The position numbers and the translations under genes were made by a program. Source: an uncultured Alphaproteobacteria bacterium (GTDB lineage: Bacteria > Pseudomonadota > Alphaproteobacteria > Caulobacterales > Caulobacteraceae). From it: a stretch of DNA of 44,099 bases. Below, one piece after another: positions 8,703-15,834 of the stretch. Under the pieces are notes generated by a model, which was not told where the DNA came from, did no database searches, and worked only from the letters and a program-made list of their open reading frames with translations. Every line of letters starts with the position of its first letter. The stretch's first letter is position 1. The stretch spans positions 1-44,099 of the forward strand of contig CAIYZB010000214.1 of the NCBI GenBank assembly GCA_903930545.1. The letters run 5' to 3'.

Positions 8703-9947
8703 GTGAAGGGCTCCAGCCTGAAGTGGTTGGTTCTGGCGCTGGTCTTTACGGCCAGCGCCATCAACTACGCGGATCGTCAGATCATTGCCCTGCTCAAGCC
8801 TGTGCTTGAACAGGATCTCGGCTGGAGCGACACGGACTACAGCCACATCGTCTCGGCCTTCCAGCTCGCCACAGCGGCCTCCCTGATCCTTGCAGGCTGG
8901 TTCGTGGACAAGCTGGGGGTCAGGCGTGGCTATAGCTGGGGTGTCGGGGTCTGGAGCATGGCCGCCATGGCCCATGGCGCCGCCTCGACCGTCCTGCAGT
9001 TTACCGGAGCCCGGGCCATCCTCGGCGTCGCCGAGACTGTAAATACGCCTGCCGCCATCAAGGCCACAGCGGCCTGGTTCCCGCCGGAGCAACGCTCCCT
9101 GGCCATGGGGATCGTCAATGCGGCCCCTAACATGGGGGCCATCTTCGTACCCCTGCTGGTTCCTGCCCTGGCCCTGGCCCTGGGCTGGCGCGCGGCCTTC
9201 CTGATCACCGGAGGCCTGGGCTTTATCTGGCTGGCTGTCTGGCTCCTGCTGGGCAAGCGCACCGATGCCGCCGCCGCCGAGATCGCCGACGATACACCTG
9301 CACCGCCGCCAACCCCGTGGCTCAGCCTGGTCCGCGACCGGCGCACCTGGGCTGTGGCAGGTGCCAAATTCCTCACCGATCAGGCCTGGTGGTTCCTGCT
9401 TTTCTGGGCCCCTGACTTCTTCCACCGGCAATATGGCCTGGGCATTGGTGAGCTCGGCGCCCCCCTGGCCATTGTCTATGGCCTGGCTGCCACCGGCTCC
9501 CTCACCGGCGGTCTGGTGGCAAGCTGGCTTCTCTCCCGCGGGGTCACCGTGAACAGGGCCCGCAAGCTGGTCATGTTCGGGGCCGCCCTGCTGGTTACCC
9601 CCATTCCTCTCGTGCTCCAGGCAGACAGTTACTGGATCGCGGCCCTCATGCTTGGCGTGGCCTTGGCCGGTCACCAGGCCTTCTCGACCAATATCTTTGC
9701 CTTTACCGCAGACGTCTTCCCGGCTCCGGTGATCGGCTCGGTGATCGGGATCGGGTCCACGGCTGGCACCCTGGGCGGCATGGGCATCCTGGAGTTCACC
9801 GGCTGGGTTCTTGACCGCGACGGTGGCTACTTGCCGATGTTCGCCATCTGCGCCGTGGCCTATCTGCTGGCCCTGGCCTGGATTCATCTGCTGGTGCCTG
9901 TCATCACGCCGACCGATGGCCCCCGCGGCGAGGTCCTGGCCCACTAG
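8703..9947 (+). CDS. MFS transporter (ExuT/hexuronate-like, anion:cation symporter group)
   Basis: INYADRQ, GWFVDKLG, WFPPEQR and KFLTD..WWF..FW motifs; about 12 hydrophobic segments; 4 bp after the TBDR stop. Confidence 0.9.
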   Translation: MKGSSLKWLVLALVFTASAINYADRQIIALLKPVLEQDLGWSDTDYSHIVSAFQLATAASLILAGWFVDKLGVRRGYSWGVGVWSMAAMAHGAASTVLQFTGARAILGVAETVNTPAAIKATAAWFPPEQRSLAMGIVNAAPNMGAIFVPLLVPALALALGWRAAFLITGGLGFIWLAVWLLLGKRTDAAAAEIADDTPAPPPTPWLSLVRDRRTWAVAGAKFLTDQAWWFLLFWAPDFFHRQYGLGIGELGAPLAIVYGLAATGSLTGGLVASWLLSRGVTVNRARKLVMFGAALLVTPIPLVLQADSYWIAALMLGVALAGHQAFSTNIFAFTADVFPAPVIGSVIGIGSTAGTLGGMGILEFTGWVLDRDGGYLPMFAICAVAYLLALAWIHLLVPVITPTDGPRGEVLAH

Positions 9948-9958
9948 GGCTCACCTGA

Positions 9959-9979
9959 ATTGACACTGCGGGTGCCATT
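9959..9979. promoter_or_regulatory. Palindromic operator copy A (overlaps a perfect TTGACA -35)
   Basis: ATTGACAC-TGCGG-GTGCCATT, 15 bp upstream of the GST-like gene; related sites at 13554, 15047 and 18248. Confidence 0.6.
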
Positions 9980-9994
9980 AGTTCATCTGAGCTC

Positions 9995-11131
9995 ATGGAA
10001 CCCGCAGTCACCTCATCAAACCCTGACCTGACCTGCCTTGAAGGCATGGTCGTCCATGGGCTCGACCTCTCCTATTTCACCGGCAAGCTGCAGGCCTATC
10101 TGCGTTATTGCGAACTGCCCCATCGGTTTGTGGACATGGACACAGCCACGATGCGACGGGCGGCGCACGAGACCGGCATGGCCCAGATGCCGGCCATCGA
10201 GCTCGCCGATGGCCGCTGGATGACGGACACCACCCCGATCATTGCCTGGATCGAGGCGCGAAGGACGGGCCCCGCCGTCATGCCTGCCGACCCGGTTCAG
10301 AAGGTCATGAGCCTGATCCTGGAGGACTATGCCGACGAATGGCTGTGGCGGCCTGCCCTGCACTATCGCTGGAGCTTCGAGCCCGACACCCGTCTGATGG
10401 GTCACCGGATCGCCGCCGAAATGATGCGCGACATCCCCCTGCCCGTGACCCTGAGGCGGGCCATGATCATCCGACGGCAGCAGGTGAAATATGTGACGGG
10501 CGACGGGATCAAGCCGGCCACCCGAACCCATGTCGAGAGCGTCTATCTGCGCAATCTGGCCTGGCTGGAGGCCATTCTGCAAACGCGACCCTTCCTGCTG
10601 GGGGATCGCCCGACCCTGGCCGATTTCGGATTCATGGGCCCCATGTTCCGCCATTTCAGCCTGGATCCCACCCCGGCGCGGATCATGCGTGATCAGGCCC
10701 CGGCGGTCTTTGCCTGGGTCGGCCGGGTCTGGGCTGCGCGGCAGCAGGGCTTTGGCGAAGCAGCCCTGGTGGAGGGCATCCCCGCCGACTGGGACCCGAT
10801 CCTCGCCCATGCCGGCCAGACCTATCTGCCCTATCTCGCAGCCAATGCCTCCGCCTTTGGCCGCGGAGACAAGCGCCTGTCGGTCACCCTGGAAGGCGTG
10901 ACCTATGACCTGCCTGTGGTTCCTTATCGGGTCCACTGTCTGGAGGCTTTGCAGACGGCCATTTCGGACCTGACCGGTGGCGCGGCCGCCCAGGTCAGGG
11001 CTCGTCTGGAGGCCACTGGATGCTGGCAGCCCCTGTGGCAGGTCAAGGCCCCGGACACGGGCTTCGATCCCGAGGGACGCCTGCCCTTCCTGACCCGTCA
11101 AACAGCCTGGACGACGCCGGTCAGACCTTGA
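9995..11131 (+). CDS. Glutathione S-transferase-like protein (long form)
   Basis: SYFTGK..AYL N-terminal motif, QMPAI..DG..MTDTTPII and the FLLGDRPTLADF N-cap motif; 378 aa with a C-terminal extension. Confidence 0.85.
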   Translation: MEPAVTSSNPDLTCLEGMVVHGLDLSYFTGKLQAYLRYCELPHRFVDMDTATMRRAAHETGMAQMPAIELADGRWMTDTTPIIAWIEARRTGPAVMPADPVQKVMSLILEDYADEWLWRPALHYRWSFEPDTRLMGHRIAAEMMRDIPLPVTLRRAMIIRRQQVKYVTGDGIKPATRTHVESVYLRNLAWLEAILQTRPFLLGDRPTLADFGFMGPMFRHFSLDPTPARIMRDQAPAVFAWVGRVWAARQQGFGEAALVEGIPADWDPILAHAGQTYLPYLAANASAFGRGDKRLSVTLEGVTYDLPVVPYRVHCLEALQTAISDLTGGAAAQVRARLEATGCWQPLWQVKAPDTGFDPEGRLPFLTRQTAWTTPVRP

Positions 11132-13505
11132 TCTGCATCTGCTTCATGAAGCCCATGATCTCCATGGGGGTCATGGGGCCGGTGTCGACATCGATCTCGA
11201 CGCGGGCGATCTTGCCCTGGAAGGCATTGACCCCGCTATAGGCGCTGGACACCTGGTTGCCGGCGTCCGACCCCACGGAAAAGCCGTCATAGCCCGGGGA
11301 GAACAGCACCCGCTCAAAGCGGTGTTCAGCGACCTTCTTGCCATTGATGAACAGGGCCCCGCTGCCCTCGAAGGGTCGCGAGGTCATGGACTGCCTGTAG
11401 CTGACCTTGCTAGCACCCTTGGGCAGGGCGACCGAGCTCGCAATCCGCTCCACCCAGGGAAGGAGACTGGATTCATAGATCAGGCGCCCCTTGTCCACAT
11501 AGAGCACATAGCCAGCGGGGCGGGAGCCGTGGGCCACAAGAACGCCGTCCTCCTTGCCCGTGGGCCGGTCGATCTCGAGGGTGATTTCATGGGACATGCC
11601 ACAGACCACCGGGCAGGTTTCTGAGGGCAGGACCTCGATGGGCGGTCGGATGTCCCAGCGCTTGCGCAGCTTGCCTGCCCGCTGCTGGACCAGTTTCAAC
11701 AGCAAGGGCCGGTCGTCCAGAGGATAGACATTGTGGGCGATCGCGGCGGCATGCCACTTGTCCGTCAGGCGCTTGACCACATCGCGATGGGCCGCCGAGA
11801 CATCCTTCATCTCGTTGGGATCGGTGGCCAGGTCATAGAGGGCCCAGTGATCATCGGGGAAGGCCTCGCCGCGCTTGTGGATCGTGACCAGACGCCAGTC
11901 GCCCTCCTGATAGGCGCGGAAACCTCCCAGCTCGAAATACTGTTCCTTGCGGGTCTCGGCCTTGGGGGACTTCAGGGTCTTCAGGACACTGGCCCCTTCG
12001 AGGGGCTTCTGGGGCTGACCCAGATAGGTCTCCGGTCGCTCCACGCCGCAGGCTTCCAGGATGGTGGGGTGCAGGTCCACCACATGGACGAACTGGCTCC
12101 TCAGAGCCCCCTTGTCCGCCCCACCCTTGGGCCAGGAGACGATCATCGGGTCGGCGACCCCGCCCAGGGCCGCATACTGCTTGTAGAGCCGGTAGGGGGT
12201 GTTGGAGGCATTGGTCCAACCAATGGGATAGTGGGGGAAGGTCCCGTCCTCACCCATGATGTCATAGAGCTCGGCCGCCTTTTCCACCGGGATGGCCCGA
12301 CCAAAGGCCGGGGCAAACAGGTTCGGGGTTCCGGTCTCGGTGCCCTCAGCCGAAGCCCCATTGTCGGAGAACAGCATGACCAGGGTGTTTTCCCGTTCGC
12401 CCAGGGCTTCGAGCTCGGCCATGAGGCGCCCGATGGCCCGATCCACCCCGGTGATCATCCCGGCGAAGACCTCCATATAACGGGCATAGACCTTTTTCTG
12501 GACCGGGCTCAGGCTGTCCCAGGGCTCGGCTCCGAAAGACAGGGGCGGCAGGGCCACATCGGGCTCGGCGATCTTCATCGCCTTCTGGCGCTCGAGGCGG
12601 CGGGCGCGGATGACATCCCAGCCCGCATCGAACTTGCCCTTGTAGAGGTCGCGATCTTGGGGCCTGGCCTGCAGGGGGGAATGGGCCCCGCCAAAGGCGA
12701 GTTGCAGGAAAAACGGCCGATCCGGGGCCAGGGTCTTTTCGGTGCGGATCAGGCGCGCGGCCCGTTCGGCCAGGTCGTCGCTGAGATAATAGTTCTCCGG
12801 CTCCACCTCGACCCGGCTCATCCCATCATAGAGGGCACCAGGCTTGAAGTGGTCGCTGGAATGGCCCTGGTACCAATAGGCCCGGTCAAATCCCCTCTGG
12901 GTTGGCCAGTTGTGGAAGGGGCCATTGGGGCCATTGGAGTCGGCATTATTGACGTGCCACTTGCCCACCAGGAAGGTCGACCAGCCCGCACCGCCGAGGA
13001 CCTCGGCAATGGTCGCCGCCTCGCGGGTCAGATCCCCGCGATATCCGGGATAGCCACTGTCGATATCGGCCAGCCAGCCCATGCCCGCCGAGTGGTGATT
13101 GAGCCCCGTCAGGAGGGAGGCCCGTGTGCAGGAGCACATTGAGGTCGTGCGGAAGTTCAGATAGCGCACCCCTCGCCCCGCCAGGGCATCGATGGCCGGG
13201 GTCTGGATCTCGCTGCCGTAGCAGCCCAGATCAGCGAACCCGACATCATCCAGGATGATGACCACCACATTGGGGGCACCCTTCGGGGCCTCAGGTTCAT
13301 CGGACCGGGCCGGGCGGGAATCCTTGAAGGACTGGGCGATCTTCGCTGCCTTGCCCTTGCCGACCGCCTTCGGGGTAACGATTCCCGAGGTCGCGGACTT
13401 CAGGGCTGCACCGCCAGCAGCCACCGCGGCGGTCGCCCCGGCCCCGATGCCGGCCCCGATCAGAAGAGATCGGCGGTCGATCTTGCCCTTGCGCTCGTCC
13501 GTCAT
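11121..13505 (-). CDS. Arylsulfatase-family protein, Tat-exported, with C-terminal LamG/ConA-like domain
   Basis: ATG at 13505 with GGGGGAGAG SD; DRRSLL twin-arginine signal; PNVVVIILDDVGFADLG, CSCTRASLLTG, GKWH, AHSP, SDNG and LYDLATDPNE motifs. Confidence 0.9.
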   Translation of the reverse strand: MTDERKGKIDRRSLLIGAGIGAGATAAVAAGGAALKSATSGIVTPKAVGKGKAAKIAQSFKDSRPARSDEPEAPKGAPNVVVIILDDVGFADLGCYGSEIQTPAIDALAGRGVRYLNFRTTSMCSCTRASLLTGLNHHSAGMGWLADIDSGYPGYRGDLTREAATIAEVLGGAGWSTFLVGKWHVNNADSNGPNGPFHNWPTQRGFDRAYWYQGHSSDHFKPGALYDGMSRVEVEPENYYLSDDLAERAARLIRTEKTLAPDRPFFLQLAFGGAHSPLQARPQDRDLYKGKFDAGWDVIRARRLERQKAMKIAEPDVALPPLSFGAEPWDSLSPVQKKVYARYMEVFAGMITGVDRAIGRLMAELEALGERENTLVMLFSDNGASAEGTETGTPNLFAPAFGRAIPVEKAAELYDIMGEDGTFPHYPIGWTNASNTPYRLYKQYAALGGVADPMIVSWPKGGADKGALRSQFVHVVDLHPTILEACGVERPETYLGQPQKPLEGASVLKTLKSPKAETRKEQYFELGGFRAYQEGDWRLVTIHKRGEAFPDDHWALYDLATDPNEMKDVSAAHRDVVKRLTDKWHAAAIAHNVYPLDDRPLLLKLVQQRAGKLRKRWDIRPPIEVLPSETCPVVCGMSHEITLEIDRPTGKEDGVLVAHGSRPAGYVLYVDKGRLIYESSLLPWVERIASSVALPKGASKVSYRQSMTSRPFEGSGALFINGKKVAEHRFERVLFSPGYDGFSVGSDAGNQVSSAYSGVNAFQGKIARVEIDVDTGPMTPMEIMGFMKQMQIKV

Positions 13506-13553
13506 GCCGCTCTCCCCCGTCAGGTCCAGGCGTGAGCCACCTCGACACAATCT

Positions 13554-13574
13554 TATTGCAGTCATAGTGCCAAT
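13554..13574. promoter_or_regulatory. Palindromic operator copy B (degenerate left half)
   Basis: TATTGCAG-TCATA-GTGCCAAT in the divergent sulfatase/MBL intergenic region. Confidence 0.45.
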
Positions 13575-13608
13575 AGATCAAGTTGCCGATCACAAGGGAG
13601 ACTGGCTC

Positions 13609-14640
13609 ATGAAACATATTGCCGCACTTTTCGGGGCCCTGGCCCTCGCCTCGGGTCTGGTGGGTTCTGCCTCGGCCCAGACAGCCCCGGCTACGGACAG
13701 TCTGAAAGTCACCCTCTGCGGCACCTCCGGTCCCCTGCCGATCCGCGACCGGGCCAAGCCCTGCGTGGCGGTTCAGGCCGCTGGAAATCTTTACCTCGTG
13801 GATGTCGGCCCGGAGTCAAACGAGAACCTGGCGCTGTGGCGGATGCCCTCTGCCACCGCCAAGGCGGTCTTCATCACCCACCTCCACTCTGACCACATCG
13901 GCGATCTTGGGGAGTTCAACATGGCCAGCTGGGTGGCGGGACGTCCGGCCCCCCTGGCCGTGGTAGGCCCGGCCGGGGTCGACAAGCTCGCAGCCGGCTT
14001 CAATCTGGCCTATGAGGCCGACCACGGCTTCCGCCGCGCCCATCACGAACATGACGGCATCACGCTGCCCATCGCCGCTGGCCTTCTGAAGGCCAAGGTC
14101 GTGACTGTGCCCGCCAAGGCCTCCGCCGACGGCGTCCGCAAGGCCACGGCCTGGAAGGATGGCGACCTGACCGTCACCGCCATTCTGGTGGCCCATGATC
14201 CGGCCAGCCCGGCCTTTGCCTATCGCTTTGACTACAAGGGTCGAGCGGTTGTCATAAGCGGCGACACCAAGGCCTCACCGCCCCTGGCCGAGGCCTCCAA
14301 GGGCGCGGACGTCCTGTTCCACGAAGCCCAGAACAACGACATGACCCGGATGATGTCCACTGGTCTCAAGGGTCAGGGCCAGGCCCGGATGGGCGCGATC
14401 ATGGGCGACACCGTGACCTATCACACCACCCCCGTGGAGGCGGCCGAGATCGCCAAGGCCGCCGGGGTCAAGGCCCTGGTCTTCTATCACCTGACCCAGG
14501 CGGGTCTGCCCTTCTATTCCCCCCAGGGCCTGACCCGGGGGATCGAGGCCGTGGGCTTTGCCGACTGGCGTCTGGCCAAGGACGGCATGACGGTGGAGCT
14601 GCCGGTGGGCAGCTCCGAGATCAAGTTCGGCCAGAACTAG
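13609..14640 (+). CDS. Secreted metallo-beta-lactamase-fold hydrolase (RNase Z/ElaC/AtsA-like)
   Basis: GGGAG SD then MKHIAALFGALALASGLVGSASA signal peptide; LCGTSGP, VDVG, THLHSDHIGD, ISGDT, HEA and YHT motifs. The track start at 13255 overlaps the sulfatase and is rejected. Confidence 0.88.
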   Translation: MKHIAALFGALALASGLVGSASAQTAPATDSLKVTLCGTSGPLPIRDRAKPCVAVQAAGNLYLVDVGPESNENLALWRMPSATAKAVFITHLHSDHIGDLGEFNMASWVAGRPAPLAVVGPAGVDKLAAGFNLAYEADHGFRRAHHEHDGITLPIAAGLLKAKVVTVPAKASADGVRKATAWKDGDLTVTAILVAHDPASPAFAYRFDYKGRAVVISGDTKASPPLAEASKGADVLFHEAQNNDMTRMMSTGLKGQGQARMGAIMGDTVTYHTTPVEAAEIAKAAGVKALVFYHLTQAGLPFYSPQGLTRGIEAVGFADWRLAKDGMTVELPVGSSEIKFGQN

Positions 14641-15017
14641 CGGCTGCCGAGATTGCGGCGCCCGGCCGCGAGAAGGACCACCAGGACAGCCTCGATCACC
14701 AGGGGCTGGATCTGGGGCTGGGTGACGCCTTCGAGGGCCAGGGTCAGGATGCGACCGCTGAGGGCCAGGGCGATCATGATCAGGGGGGCAGTAAGCAGCT
14801 TGCGGTCATTGCGCACGGCAGCGGCCAGGGACAGCAGACCGGCAGCCCCGAAAAAGCCCGCTACATCGGCCCTCAGGCTGGCATGGCCGAGCAGGCCGTC
14901 TCCGGACAGGCCCAGATTGGCGGCGGCCTGGACCGGGGCGGACCAGATCCGCAGGGCCAGCAGGGTCGAGAGGGTTCCGATCAGTCCGATGAGTCCGCGG
15001 AGCAGGGTTGCAATCAT
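14637..15017 (-). CDS. Small 4-TM membrane protein (DUF4345-like)
   Basis: GGAAGG SD, ATG at 15017, four hydrophobic helices, and LRADVAG, GR.L and IEAV motifs. Confidence 0.7.
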   Translation of the reverse strand: MIATLLRGLIGLIGTLSTLLALRIWSAPVQAAANLGLSGDGLLGHASLRADVAGFFGAAGLLSLAAAVRNDRKLLTAPLIMIALALSGRILTLALEGVTQPQIQPLVIEAVLVVLLAAGRRNLGSR

Positions 15018-15043
15018 GATCTGGCCTTCCAAGGCTTTGCGTT

Positions 15044-15070
15044 GATTATGACGCGGTGCGTGCCATAATC
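15044..15070. promoter_or_regulatory. Palindromic operator copy C inside a TTGATT-N16-CATAAT promoter
   Basis: GATTATGACGC-GGTGC-GTGCCATAATC; outer arms GATTATG/CATAATC are perfect inverted repeats; lies between divergent DUF4345-like and DsbA-family genes. Confidence 0.65.
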
Positions 15071-15119
15071 TGCCTAAAGTGCAAGACCTGCTTTTCGATC
15101 ACCCCTCCGGAGACCCGTC

Positions 15120-15776
15120 ATGTCCCTGACCTACGACCTCTACTGGTCCTTCCGGTCCCCCTATTCCTACATGATCACCCACCGCCTGGTGGAGTTGGAG
15201 CGGGACTTTGACGTCCAATGCAATGTCCGCCCGGTCTATCCCCTGGCGGTGCGCACGCCGGAGTTCTTCGAGACCCGCGACCCCCTCTGGTTCACCTATT
15301 TCCAGGCCGATATCCATCGCGAGGCCGAGTTCCTGGGCATCCCCTTCCGCTGGCCGCGCCCGGACCCGGTCTATATGGACTTCGCCACCCGCAGCTATCC
15401 CAAGGAACAGCCCCATATCCACCGCCTGACCCAGCTGGGCGTGGCGGCGGCCGAGCGGGGCAAGGGCCTGGCCTATCTGGCTGAGGTCAGCAAGGTGATC
15501 TGGGGCGGTGAGGTCGATCAGTGGCACGAGGGCGACCATCTCGCCCAGGCCGCTGCCCGCGCCGGGCTCGATCCTGCGGAACTGGCTGCCGCTGTGGACT
15601 CCGAAACCGCCCGTCTGGACGCTGTGGTAGAGGCCAACCAGATCGCCCAGCGGGAAGCCGGTCACTACGGCGTGCCCATGATTGCCTTCAACAAAGAGCC
15701 CTTCTTCGGTCAGGACCGCTTTGACCAGTTCAAGTGGCGCCTGCAGCAACAGGGTCTGAAGCCCCGCCAGGGCTGA
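15120..15776 (+). CDS. DsbA-family / kappa-class GST (2-hydroxychromene-2-carboxylate isomerase-like)
   Basis: YWSFRSPYSY active-site motif, GVP cis-Pro loop and EPFFGQDR C-terminal motif; GGAG SD. Confidence 0.88.
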   Translation: MSLTYDLYWSFRSPYSYMITHRLVELERDFDVQCNVRPVYPLAVRTPEFFETRDPLWFTYFQADIHREAEFLGIPFRWPRPDPVYMDFATRSYPKEQPHIHRLTQLGVAAAERGKGLAYLAEVSKVIWGGEVDQWHEGDHLAQAAARAGLDPAELAAAVDSETARLDAVVEANQIAQREAGHYGVPMIAFNKEPFFGQDRFDQFKWRLQQQGLKPRQG

Positions 15777-15834
15777 ACCCAAACATTTAAAGTCTCGCGT
15801 CCCGGTTTGCGGGGCGAACCTCGGGGAGCGAACT

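Noticed and set aside
6392-8764. 790-aa ORF antisense to the TBDR, and similar long antisense ORFs (5294..6358, 8226..9944, 10016..11101, 11733..13142, 16315..17538, 21383..22399)
   Set aside because: Shadow frames expected from high-GC codon bias; they have no recognisable motifs and lie fully opposite well-supported genes.
13255-13608. N-terminal extensions in the ORF track (13255, 13565, 20969, 21225, 22990, 29844, 32632, 34130, 36915)
   Set aside because: They overlap neighbouring genes or regulatory gaps; downstream starts have SD sequences, signal peptides or stop-start coupling.
15120-15776. Naphthalene degradation (nahD) pathway
   Set aside because: No ring-hydroxylating or ring-cleavage dioxygenase or aldolase genes in the window; the match is family-level only.
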